Below, piece by piece: positions 38,027 through 50,656 of a stretch of 64,000 nucleotides of DNA. The first letter of the stretch is position 1; each line of letters begins with the position of its first letter. The DNA comes from Octopus vulgaris (lineage: Eukaryota): contig OX597818.1 of the NCBI GenBank assembly GCA_951406725.2, positions 124,248,001-124,312,000 of the forward strand, in the 5' to 3' direction. The notes beneath the pieces were generated by a model that was not told where the DNA came from, ran no database searches, and saw nothing but the letters and a program-made list of their open reading frames with translations. A program made the translations under genes and the position numbers.

Positions 38027-39270
38027 AAGGCGGTGAACTAGCAGACTCGTTAGCACGTCGGGCAAAATATTTAAGCGGCATTTAGTCTGTTTTTACATTC
38101 TCAATTGAAATTCCGCCGAGGTCGACTTTGCTTTTCCGTCTTTCGGGGTCAATAAAATAAGTACCAGTTGAACACTGGGGTCGATGTGACTGACTAACTC
38201 CCTCCCCCGAAATTACTGGTCTTGTGGCAAAATTTGAAACCATTTTCTGAGTTCAAAAACCGCCGTGGTCCACTTTGCTTGTCATACTTTCGAGGTCGAT
38301 AAAATAAGTACCAGTTGAATAATGGGGTCGAAGTAATTGACTTACTCCCTCCCACGAAATTGCTAGCCTTGTTCCAGAATCTGAGACCATTTTCTGAGTT
38401 CAAAAACAGCCGAGGTCCACTTTGCCTTCCATACTTTCGAGGTCGATAAAATAAGTACCAGTCGAGTACTGGAGTCGAAGTAATTGACTTACTCCCTCCC
38501 ACGAAATTGCTAGCCTTGTTCCAGAATTTGAGACCATTTTCTGAGTTCAAAAACAGCCGAGGTCCACTTTGCCTTCCATACTTTCGAGGTCGATAAAATA
38601 AGTACCAGTTGAATAATGAGGTCGAAGTAATTGACTTACTCCCTCCCACGAAATTACTGGTCTTGTGCCAAAATTTGAACCATTTTCTGAGTTCAAAAAC
38701 AGCCGAGGTCCACTTTGCCTTCCATACTTTCGAGGTCGATAAAATAAGTACCAGTTGAATAATGGGGTCGAAGTAATTGACTTACTCCCTCCCACGAAAT
38801 TGCTAGCCTTGTTCCATAATCTGAGACCATTTTCTGAGTTCAAAAACCGCCGTGGTCCACTTTGCTTTCCATACTTTCGAGGTCGAGATAAAATAAGTAC
38901 CAGTTGAATATTGGGGTCGACGTAATTGACTTACTCCCTCCCACGAAATTGCTAGCCTTGTTACAGAATTTGAGACCATTTTCTGAGTTCAAAAACAGCC
39001 GAGGTCCACTTTGCCTTTCATATTTTCGAGGTCGATAAAATAAGTACCAGTTGAATAATGGGGTCGAAGTAATTGACTTACTCCCTCCCACGATATTGCT
39101 AGCCTTGTTCCAGAATCTGAGACCATTTTCTGAGTTCAAAAACAGCCGAGGTCCACTTTGCCTTCCATACTTTCGAGGTCGATAAAATAAGTACCAGTTG
39201 GATAATGGGGTCGAAGTAATTGACTTACTCCCTCCCACGAAATTACTGGTCTTGTGCCAAAATTTGAAAT
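38027..39270 (+). repeat. SINE B variant followed by seven ~147-bp headless tandem units
   Basis: Units start at 38241, 38388, 38535, 38681, 38828, 38977 and 39124. Confidence 0.95.
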
Positions 39271-39654
39271 CAATGTATATTGCTTATAGATACATTATGT
39301 AAAGCATTTTACATACATCATATAGTTATCTACAAATGCTATATACAGCAATTTCAATATAAGTATAACGTAAATATACGACATCCTCATACCTTCATAA
39401 ACTATACAGACAGCTTCCTGCTTAGATAACATGACATTCATAGCTTACCCCGTTCCCTAGACACTGATGCCCGGCTACTCCATCCCTACTTTAATCGCTT
39501 AGAGATGTGGTTCAACAACACTAGACTTAAAGTGGCACCTACTAAATCCACTGTTTCCTTACCAGCTACATCAGAAAAAAACATGAAATACAACCGAACA
39601 TCATACTCAAGAATAGAAAAACATAACACACGCACACACACACACACACTAACA

Positions 39655-39655
39655 A

Positions 39656-39746
<91 letters not shown>

Positions 39747-40205
39747 AAGAAGAAGAAGAAGAAGAAGAAGAAAGAAAGAAAGAAAGAAAGAAAGAACGAA
39801 AGAAAGAAAGAAAGAAGAAAGAAAGAAAGAAAGAACGAAAGAACGAAAGAAAGAAAGGAAGAAGAAGAAGAAAGAAAGAAGAAGAAGAAGAAGAAGAAGA
39901 AGAAGAAGAAAGAAGAAGAAAGAAAGAAAAAAAAAGAAGAAAAAGAAAAAAGAAAGAAGAAGAAGAAGAAGAAGAAAAAGAAAAGAAAAAAGAAGAAGAA
40001 GAAGATAGAAAGAAGAAGAAGAAGAAGAAGAAGAAGAAGAAGAAGAAGAAGAAGAAGAAGAAGAAAAAAGAAGAAAAGGAAAAAGAAAGAAGAAGAAAAA
40101 AAGAAAAAAAGGAAAAAGAAAAGAAGAAGAAAGAAGAAGAAAAAGGAAGAAGAAGAAGAAGAAGAAGAAGAAGAAGAAGAAGAAGAAGAAGAAGAAGCAA
40201 GAAGA
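39655..40205. repeat. (AAT)n followed by a ~480-bp polypurine (AAG/AAAG)n tract
   Basis: Direct inspection. Confidence 0.95.
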
Positions 40206-40877
40206 CAGTAATGCTACAGGTTACATACAGTACATATTTCTCTACAGCACTCATATACAGATATAACGCAGTAAAGACAGGCAAAACTACGCTGAAAACA
40301 ATCACAGCAATCACAGGTACTATATTTGGCCAACTGAAAGAAATGGCGGCATTGATAGACAAACAACACATTAGAGCCATCATGGACTACGCCACTAATC
40401 CTGTCTGTCTCCACCACTCTCTGTCTTTCTCTTCTCCCTCTCTCTCTTCTCTTTTCTGTCTGTCTCTCTCTCTCTTACTCACTCTTCAAAATAACCTACA
40501 ATAAACTACGAAGTAAACATAACAGCAGCGCATTGCGCATCATAACAGGTTATGTACAGATCACACCCACAAACTACCTACACAAAGAAGCAAAGCTGCT
40601 CAAAATGAGATAAAAAAAAAACAAATTAATAAGCGAAAAAAACATAAGCAAAAAAAAAACACACACCTGGATATGCAATGTTTACTGTTTGTTCCCCGCA
40701 TTAAGCTTCAGCTCCAACAACAGTAAATGTCACTAATTGGAAAACTACTTCCAAACACCCAGACAACATACAACATGTCAGAGCAACTGCTACACCAGCA
40801 TCCTAAAAAAACGCCATCTCTCTCACTCAGTCCAGACAAGCACAAAGAAAAAAACGCACGTACAAAGAGATAGTAAT

Positions 40878-41115
40878 AATACCTATTTCTTTACTAGCCA
40901 CAAGAGGCTAAACACAGAGGGGACAAACAAGGACAGACAAATGGATTAAGTCGATTATATCGACCCCAGTGCGTAACTGGTACTTATTTAATCGATCCCG
41001 TAAAAGGATGAAAGGCAAAGTCGACCTCGGCGGAATTTGAACTCAGAACGTAGCGGCAGACGAAATACCGCTAAGAATTTCGCCCGGCGTGCTAACGTTT
41101 CTGCCAGCTCGCCGC
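40878..41115 (-). mobile_element. SINE family B
   Basis: Reverse copy. Others occur at about 29577-29735, 42640-42866, 44800-44943 and 54440-54529. Confidence 0.88.
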
Positions 41116-41524
41116 TAACCTCATTGGGCCCCAGTGATTGTGCGGGAATGCTCACAACAAACAATTAGCGCTGAGGAACAGTCCCTGTCGTGATCTGACC
41201 AATTCCACCTCACCTGCTGCCGTAGTAGCTATCATCAGAGTCTACGGCAATGCAGACATAGACTGGACAGTGGAGAGGTTGCAATGACATCAGATTGTTA
41301 CACTGCACCTTGTTTGAATCATCACTGCACACCGGAATGTGCAGTTAGGTCTTCAGCTAAAGAAGAAACGTGGTACAACTGAAAAGACCGATCGGTGGAC
41401 TGAGGGTCGTCATTTGGTCCACTACCTGCATTCATTAGGTCTTTGCGACTAGAGCTGACCTATAGTTACATAACAATAATAAAGACAGCAGCAGCAACAA
41501 CAACAACAACAACAACAGTAAATA

Positions 41525-41790
41525 AAAAATAAATGCGCCCTTTTTAAAGCCTAGCCAGGCTCACGGGCCCAATTTCCCGGTTTCCCGGTTTCTATGGCGT
41601 ATGTGTTCCCTAGCTGGACGGGATACCAGTCCATCGCAGCGTTACTAATTTTTGCCAGCTGAGTGGACTGGAGCAACGTGAAATGAAGTGTTTTGCTCAA
41701 GAACACAACGCGTAGCCCGGTCCAGGAATCGAAACCACAATCTTACGATCATGATGCTGCCACCCTAACCACTAAGCCACGCGCCTCCAC
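41525..41790 (-). mobile_element. tRNA-headed SINE family D
   Basis: Minus strand has TGGCTTAGTGG, GGTTTCGATTCC, a CORE-like CTTGAGCAAAACACTTCAT block and a V-domain-like CTGCGATGGACTGG..CCCGTCCAG block. Confidence 0.75.
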
Positions 41791-41949
41791 AAACAACAAC
41801 AACAACAACGACACCAATAACAACAGCAATAACAAAACTATCACCACTGCCCCAATCATCCCAACCAAACCACCATCAACAATACCAGAATCTCACCCAC
41901 AACCACCATCAACGGGTTCTGTCCATTCTCAGCAGGCTAAATAAAATAA

Positions 41950-42640
41950 ATTAGTCTTTTTTTGTTCTGTCCTTAGTCTGTCCAATTCCTGATATTTGCC
42001 TACGTAAATCTCGTTTATTCCCCATTCATTCTAGCTTCTACCAAACATCTGCAAACTGTTTCTTCTAATTAAGCGTCCAAGATAAATATTTTAGTTTTCT
42101 TCTCTTTCGCAGTGTCTTATAAAATTTTCTTTGCCTTTGTCATAGAATTTTTGTCATTGATTTAGTGCTTTATCCACGATATTCTCAAAAATTTTTACAC
42201 ACATATGTCTCAAAGATTTGTAGTTTGATTATCCCATTGTTAATGCCCCTGTTTCAGCTCTATATTCTAGAGTGGACCATACATAACACTTTAATAATCT
42301 CATTTTTCTACTTTCGCTATTGATGTTTCTTATGTTAGTATATTTGATTGTTTTTTTGTTTTTTTCAAAGGTCTTCCTCGCCATCTCTGTCCTTCTTTTG
42401 ATTTCTGCACCACATTTCTAATTTTACCATTTATATCGTAGGTATATTAATCTTCGATATCTGTTCAATTAATTTTCCCTAAGATTGTAATATCTATTTT
42501 TGGTAACTCATGTTTCTTACTGATTAACATTGATTTTCGTCTCTTTACATTCATTCCATGCAATAAAACTCTGGTTTGTCATTTGCTGTAGTCACAAGTT
42601 TCTGTAGATCACTGCTCTTGAAAGCTAGTAAACCAGTATC
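41950..42640 (-). mobile_element. RTE-clade LINE remnant
   Basis: Minus-strand KMRLLKCYVWSTLEYRAET matches the RTE motif LLKCYVWS.LLYG.ETW. Heavily decayed. Confidence 0.7.
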
Positions 42641-42861
42641 TGTTTCTTTATAACCCACAAAGGGGCTAAACATAGAGGGGACAAACAAGGACAGACAAAC
42701 GGCTTAAGTCGACCCCAGTGCGTAACTGGTACTTAATTTATCGACCTAGAAAAGATGAAAGGCAAAGTCGACCTCGGCGGAATTTGAACCCAGAACGTAA
42801 CGGCAGACGAAATACCGCTAAGCATTTCGCCCGGCGTGCTAACGGTCCTGCCAGCTCGCCG

Positions 42862-42934
<73 letters not shown>

Positions 42935-42938
<4 letters not shown>

Positions 42939-43766
42939 TCACTTCGTTCCGTCTCTTTCCTCCCAGTTCGTTTTTACAGTTTACTACAATGATGCGAAAT
43001 TCTCTCCCTTTGCTTTGCCTTCCCCTCTCTCTCTCTTGCTCTCTCTGTCTCACCCTTCTCTCTAGCCGCGTGTCTTCCTCTGTCTGTCTGTCTCTCTCTC
43101 TCCCACTCCTCCTCACTTTCGTCACTGCTAATCCTTTCGCCTGTTGCATTCAGGTCATGTTTCCCAGCGCTCGCCAGTTACCTTCTCGTCCCCGCCAGAA
43201 CAAAGGCCTTCGTTCGTCTTTTTCGTTCGTTCTCTTGTTTATTTTTGATTTCTCGTATTGTAATTTATTCTCGTTTTGTATTTTCTTGTACATGTATCTT
43301 TAATTTTGTATTATTTTTTTCTTGTATGTATTTTTTTGCGCAGTTCTTTGTTACGTCCCTTTTTGTGGTACATTTTTTCTTGCTCGTTTTACCCCTCTAC
43401 GAGGTTATTTTATTTTAATTCTCTCGTAGGAAGGCCTAGCATGTCCAGACATGTTCTGTCTTTGCCTTCGAAACACGTGTCTGCTAGCAACAGCTGATGA
43501 AGGGGATTTTTCCTTGTGCAGCATGTCCTGTACTTCGTTTTTCTGCTGCATATAATTGTTTTTCCCGTTTTCGTTTTCGTTTCGTCTTGTTCCACGTCTC
43601 TGTCCTTCTGTTGTAACAAAATGGCTTTTCCGTTTTCGTTTCTGTTGATTTTTACGTCTTCTTGTGGTGTCCTGTACGTATATATATTTATATATGCATG
43701 TATATATACACGTAGATGTCGGTACGTACATATATGTTTGTATGTATGCATATATTTTATTTATTA

Positions 43767-43770
<4 letters not shown>
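42935..43770 (+). mobile_element. ~830-bp TA-embedded pLTR-like element with hammerhead-like motifs
   Basis: (TA)n on both sides. GCCTTC-GAAA-CACGTG-TC and CTGATGA lie at 43464-43500. The 3' part is homologous to 2225-2573. Confidence 0.55.
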
Positions 43771-43859
<89 letters not shown>

Positions 43860-43882
43860 CATATGTACACGCTCGCGTTTGT

Positions 43883-43935
<53 letters not shown>

Positions 43936-45361
43936 CGCACGCGCATTATTCACATTTGTTACTATGCTTAATGATTTCCTTTATGCGTCCATGATGGCAG
44001 ATCAAATATATGGAAAGAAAGGCTGCTTCCTGTCCAGCGTTTTGAATATCTTAGATTCATAGTTAAGATCTTATCAAACAGTACAGTACGCAGCGTCCGA
44101 GATAGATTGATGATAGCTGAAAATTCACAAGCTGAAAAATTACCTTGTCTTATTTAGTGCGTTCTGGAATTGTTGAAAGACTGATGCTGGTGTGTCGTGG
44201 GCGTCCATTTGAAAAGCGTAAACACAAAGGTCATTGACATTTTCTCGTGAGAGGCGTTAATGCATTCATTGCTTGTTTCGGTGTTTAGGATTTGAGATTA
44301 AAGAGGCTGTGGAAGATGATTCATTTGGCCTAAACTATCTAATCTTACAGACTATCGAAAGTATTCACTGGCTAGTCATACATACATAGGGACTAAAAAG
44401 CATGTCACCGCACTTTATTCGACAGCAATAAATTGCAGCCAACTCTCTCTCTCTCTACCCTTCTCTCTCTCTATCCTTCTCTCTCTCTCCTCTCTCTCTC
44501 TCTCTCACATTCTCTCCCTTCCCCTCTCTCACATCATACGCAGTCGTCTTTAAAACAAGTCAATATCGGACAGGGTATTTCTGATACAATGAATGAATAG
44601 CTAAATAAATATAATGTGAGATGGTTATGGGTGGAACGCTTTTGATCAGGTTTGACCTGGGACTCAAAAATAAGGTAGCTGAAGTTTTCCATTTGATAAC
44701 ACGACAATATCCTGCGAGAAATTTCCTGGGCCGGAAATGGGGCTAACATTGAAGATAGTTTATTCCATAGATGTTGGTTTCAAATTTTGGTACAAGTCCA
44801 AACTAGTATTTATTTTTATCTACCCCGAAAGAATGAAAGGCAAAGTCGGCCCCGGCGGAATTTGAACTCAGGACGTAAAGACGGAAGAAATGTTGCTAAG
44901 CATTCTGCCCGACGAGCTAATGGTTCTACCAGCTTGCCGCTTTAGTTTTATTCCATGGATATTAAAACACACATGACGCTCAGCCTTGATTGGAAGCTTC
45001 TACAGAAATGGTAATATTCACATGTTCTATCTCAAAAGAAAATATGGAGAAAGAAGCTTCAGATTCGTCCATTCAGACTTCCAATGTCATATAGTAACAA
45101 CCAAAAATTTTTTCCAAACTACAGCAGATTAACACGGTGTTTAAAGTGATATACCATGCTTTGAATCAAAACTGAACTAGGCGCAGTAGTGGCTGTGTGG
45201 TAAGAAGCTTGCTTTGTAACTACAAGGTTCTGGGTTCGGTTCCACTAATGGGGCACCTTGGGCAAGTATCTTCTACTATGGCCTCGGCCGACCGAAGCCC
45301 TGTGAGTGGATTTGGTAGACGGAAACGGAAAGAAGCTCGTTTGTATATATATATACTATAT

Positions 45362-46171
45362 ATGTGGGAAATTCTGCCTGTGGGTGTATTTGTGGAGTTG
45401 TTAGATAACTCCTACATAGTTTTATCGATTTTGATGAAACTTGACACGTGAGTACAGCTCATGTATGGAAAACTCATGGCATGCTCAGATTGTTGAAAAA
45501 AAAACAACGATAATAGGGTCCGTGGAAGGGATCCTTATATATATATATATATAATATATTTCATTTCAACAGCCAAGGGAAATAGCCCATTCATTTTCCT
45601 AAATCATTTGGTATAAATCAAATTGAGTATGCTTATTTCTTAGTATTTGAACTGTTAGAGTTATTTTGCCCAGTTCTTCAACAAGCAAATAGTATTTTCC
45701 TAAACAATAGATCCACTTATTTCGGTTAGTAACTTATTCACGAATATACCGACACTAGCGCCGCTGAGGGTAATTTTCAGAATTATTTACTATGAATTGT
45801 TATTATCGCATATGTGATTAGCCCGTTATTACGTAACATGCTTCACGATTTTAGTATACATACCTTATTAGCATTTCTTTCTATGTTCTATATACTCTGG
45901 GAACGCATTAAAGCCCTTTTCGGGGCTACTTTATTTGAACTCTTACTATCGGGTAACTAATTTCATGTTATTACATAAATTTGGGTATTCATAACTTATT
46001 GGGAATACCTAAAAACAAGATCCTGTGTTTGGTATTCTCTGTAAATGTACAAGAACCGTTTTAAGGGCTACATAGTTTGTATTGTTATTATTGGATTAGC
46101 GAAACAATTATGAGAACGAAACCTAGGGATAAGCCCCGCTTTCTCGGGAATGACCAGGCACGTTTGGTAGT
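45362..46171 (+). mobile_element. Probable non-autonomous Helitron-like element splitting an old SINE A (head 45179-45350, tail 46172-46434)
   Basis: Subterminal CGATTTTGATGAAACTTGACAC, a 3' GC-rich hairpin-like segment and terminal GTAG (possibly decayed CTAG). No TIR or TSD. Confidence 0.45.
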
Positions 46172-46174
46172 ATG

Positions 46175-46219
<45 letters not shown>

Positions 46220-46433
46220 GCATGTGTATGTCTTTGTGTTTATGTTTGTCACCCCACCATCACTTGGCAACCGATGTTGATGTGTTTACACCCCCGTAAC
46301 TTAACAGTTCGGCAAAAAGAGACCGATAAAATAAGTAATAGGCTTACAAAGAATAAGTCCTGGGGTCGATTTCTTTTACTAAAAAAGCCCTTTAAGGCGG
46401 TGCTCCAACATAGCCGCTGCCAAATGACTGAAA

Positions 46434-46850
46434 CAGGAGCGGCTGTGTGGTAAGTAGCTTGCTAATCAACCACATGGTTCCGGGTTCAGTCCCACTGCGT
46501 GGCATCTTGGGCAAGTGTCTTCTGCTATAGCCCCGGGCCGACCAATGCCTTGTGAGTGGATTTGGTAGACGGAAACTGAAAGAAGCCTGTCGTATATATG
46601 TATATATATATAAGTGTGTGTGTATATGTTTGTGCGTCTGTGTTTGACCCCCTAGCATTGCTTGACAACAGATGCTGGTGTGTTTACGTCCCCGTCACAT
46701 AGCGGTTCGGCAAAAGAGACCGATAGAATAAGTACTGGGCTTACAAAGAATAAGTCCCGGGGTCGATTTGCTCGACTAAAGGCGGTGCTCCAGCATGGCC
46801 GCAGTCAAATGACTGAAACAAGTAAAAGAGTAAAAGAGTAAAGAGTAAAA
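46434..46850 (+). mobile_element. SINE family A inserted at the tail of an older A copy
   Basis: Junction ATGACTGAAAC|AGGAGCGGCTG. Confidence 0.88.
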
Positions 46851-47813
46851 AGCACCCAGCTGTTAGTGTCATTTCATGTGAAACCAAAACAAAAATGAAA
46901 TCCACGAGTTAGAATGGCTGCTGTAGCGAGTGTCACTGGACATTCTCCGCGGCAACGTCATCGCAGTCATTAGAGCGGGGCGCAGCCGAGCACACTATTT
47001 GTTTTGGTGTATGTTAAGTTCCAAGTTACACTAGTGGTGTAACTGTATGATGCATGCATGTCAAGGAAATATGTACTGTATATCACATGTGATACACAGA
47101 ACAGGCGAAAGTGAAACACCAAAAGTGACCTTACCCCTCAAAATTCGAGAACCCGTGCCATGCTACTACTGCCATCTTATGATTAAATTCTTGCAGCTCT
47201 TTACTGATTCCTCTTGGATCAATAACTAACCATTATATGCAGTTTCATACTTTTTTCTTTCTGCCAGCTTGCTCAGGTGTACAAAGCAAAACTTCGTAGA
47301 TAGCATAATGACCGTATAAAAACAGGTTCATATAACCTGTATTGATCTTATACTTGACGTAGGGTTATTGGATAATAATTTTTGGCTTGAATAGTTTGGT
47401 TAGATTTTTGTAAATGGCATTTCTAAAGCACTCTTCAATTCTTTTCATGTAGTGTAATCAGATCTCTGCAATAAAAATTGAGATTTTTTTATGCCAATAT
47501 CTTCTTATAAACGCTTAGCCTGAAAGTTGTCTTTCTTTTTATTGCGTACTTTCTTTGAGTTTTAAGTTCTTCATGAGAGTTCAAGCCGGTCGTCAACAAA
47601 GCGACAAGACTTTTTGAGTTAAGAGAGTTCCCGGTGTTTGTAAATATGTGGTTGAGTTCATGTGTTGATTGAGCTGTCGATATATACACCCAAGGGTGTG
47701 CATCTATTCACATAAGAAACTCAAATGGAGAAATGGAGAATCTTTGGAATGTCTTACAAATCTTCACTGTGCCACTAATAGATTGGATTCATGTATATAT
47801 GTATGTATGTATG

Positions 47814-47847
<34 letters not shown>

Positions 47848-48261
47848 TGTATGTATGTATGTATGTATGTATGATGTATGTATGTATGTATGTATGTGTG
47901 TATGTATGTATGTATGTATGTATGTATGTATGTATGTATGTATGTGTGTATGTATGTATGTATGTATGTATGTATATGTATGTATGTATGTATGCGTATG
48001 TATGTATGTATGTATGTATGTATGTATGTATGTATGTATGTATGTATGTATGTATGTATGTATGTGTGTATATGTATGTGTGTATGTATGAATGCATGTA
48101 TGTATATATGTATGTATGTATATACGTATGTATGTATGTACGTATGTACGTATGTATGTATGTATGTATGTATGTATGTATGTATGTATGTATGTATGTA
48201 TGTATGTATGTATGTATGTATGTATGTATGTATGTATGTATGTATGTATGTATGTATGTAT

Positions 48262-48962
48262 GTGCCACTTTGGCGTGTGATTTACAAGGGAGATTACTGT
48301 AGGACATTGTAAATGTATTTTTTCAAAATTCTTACTATTCTAATGATAAGAAAACCATGTTTTATCTATGTCTTAGTAAACAGTAATAAGAAACCAAGAA
48401 TAAACAAAATAATAATTAAGATAGGCGCAGGAGTGGCTGTGTGGTAAGTAGCTTGCTTACCAACCACATGGTTCCGGGTTCATTCCCACTGCGTGGAAAC
48501 TTGGGCAAGTGTCTTCTACTATAGCCTCGGGCCGACCAAAGCCTTGTGAGTGGATTTGATAGACAGAAACTGAAAGAAGCCCATCGTATATATGTATATA
48601 TATGTGTGTGTCTGTGTTTGCCCCCCCCCCAACATCGCTTGACAACCGATGCTGGTGTGTTTATGTCCCCGTAACTTAGCGGTTCGGCAAAAAAGACCGA
48701 TAGAAGAAGTACTGGGATTACAAAGAATAGGTCCTGGAGTCGATTTGCTCGACTAAAGCCGGTGCTCCAGCATGGCCGCAGTCAAATGACTGAAACAAGT
48801 AAAAGAGAAAGGAGAAAAAAGAAAAAATAAGCACGTAGATGACCCACCAAAGTAAATTCACTCACGTAGGTCATGCGGCAAAGTAGCACTAACACAGAGT
48901 AAACTAAAAAGTAACCTAAAGTAATCTCCCTTTAAATTGCAGATCACACGCCAAAGTGGCAC
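48262..48962. mobile_element. MITE with ~40-bp TIRs interrupted by SINE A (48423-48815)
   Basis: GTGCCACTTTGGCGTGTGAT...AAGGGAGATTACT is inverted as AGTAATCTCCCTT...ATCACACGCCAAAGTGGCAC. Confidence 0.8.
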
Positions 48963-49029
48963 CTGTGTGTATGTCTTTTTTTTCTCCTACAGAGATATCT
49001 AACGAAAAACTAAAGATCTTTCCCTCCCA

Positions 49030-49760
49030 GCTACTAGATGGCCGTTGACTCAACTAAGTTCATCTGTCCTTTGACAAGTTTTACTTTTCGACCTGCAAGC
49101 TCTTCATGCTTACTCGGATTTAAAGTCTGTGACTTCGTTTGCATCCAATGACCGGGAATTACAACCGTGTTTCGTGGTCTGCTACCACAACAGCTCCTTT
49201 ATAGGATCCAGTTAGCTCAAGACATCATCAGGAGGAACCACGTCCGGTTTCGGCCCCTACTCCTCTACCGTTTTGACGTGCCCCCCCCTTTCGGAGGTGT
49301 CTTCAGCTTTGATGTTGGGTGCATATCTTTTTCTGTTCCCTGGCCTCTTCGATGTATGGTCAGCGAATGTCAGCCGGTGACTGACTGTCATGTCAAATTT
49401 TTCCCTAGTTCTTTCTTTTGAGGCAAATGTATACATTGTTAAGGTAGCGAGATAGGCCCTATGCAAGACCTTTCCTCAAAGAACAGTCATCGCTTGATAT
49501 TCAACATGTCCAATAAATTTCCTATTATGTGTTGCCTAGTATGGCTGGTCGTAGCTGAAAAAGGCAAAATGATTAATGAAAAATTCCATGACAAAATGAA
49601 GGCAGGTGTCAGCACGGCTGTTTAAGGTCTCTGAGGCAACACGGGCCCATCGGTACCACACTTGTGCAGGAATGAAAAGCGGCATCTGTGCTACTTATGT
49701 TTAACCCACTGCCTGCCATGAGCCCCATTTGGGGATCAGCTAAAAACAGTCTCACTGCCG
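49030..49760 (-). mobile_element. Possible decayed RLE-type non-LTR element fragment
   Basis: Minus-strand fragments GPKPDVV and FPVIGCKR resemble the RPD and FPVEVGCRG motifs of restriction-like endonucleases. Weak. Confidence 0.3.
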
Positions 49761-50622
49761 GTTGTTCGTTGTATTTAAAGTGAATTGCTTATGTATATTC
49801 CATTTGCAGAGGTGTGTTTAACAATATTTAGTAGTTAAAATTTGTCATTATTAGCTCTGGCCAATTCTAGAGGACATTTTATGTCATAAATTGCAATTTT
49901 TGAACTACAAAAATATTGACTGCTTTGAATACTTTTTTTTTTTTTTTTTTGCATTTCCTATCTGTATCATTCGTTGACATTTCATACATTGGCATTTAAT
50001 ACTATAGTTTAAAAAAAACTAAAATGTTTATTATTGCAATCAAATAGAAAACGATAATTATGCTGTTTTACTGCGATCCCCATTAGGGACTTTTCGAAAA
50101 ATCATAATTTCCAAAATAATTCACATATTAATAAAATTTAAATACTATATGCTATAATTTAAATACTATATACACCTGGCAAAGCCAAAAAACATGAATA
50201 AAAAAATTTAGCAGATAATAGGTTAAGAGAACAGTCAAGCAATGGCATTATTTGGAATACAGCCATCATGTATGTATGTATGTATGTATGCATGTATGTA
50301 TGTATGCATGTATGTATGTATGCATGTATGTATGCATGTATGTATGTATGTATGTATGTATGTATGTATGTATGTATGTATGTATGTATGTATGTATGCA
50401 TGTATGCATGCGTGTATGTATGTATATATGCATGTAATGTATGTATGTATGTATGTATGTATGTGTGTATGGTCACGTGTGAGCTCTCTAATGAGTCTCA
50501 CTGGTAACATGGAATCCAGTACAACCTGTTGCATATTCGAGTTGTCGGCGAGTAAACCGACACCCCACCAGACTAGACTGGTGTGGTGGGTTTCAAGAAA
50601 CATATGTATCTATGTATATATT

Positions 50623-50656
<34 letters not shown>

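Larger units (their letters stand above)
37640..41500 (+). mobile_element. Old I/Jockey-group LINE remnant split by later insertions
   Basis: Collinear peptides LHPYFNRLEMWFNNTRLKVAPTKS (about 39480), AITGTIFGQLKE...IMDYA (about 40310) and SALRIITGYVQITPTNYLHKEAKLL (about 40525). Weaker RT-like and Cys-rich pieces lie at both ends. Confidence 0.6.

Noticed and set aside
38241-39270. CRISPR-like array or repeat protein
   Set aside because: Units are contiguous 147-bp SINE fragments without unique spacers, there are no cas genes, and the context is eukaryotic. The 49-codon periodic ORFs are a by-product of the unit length.
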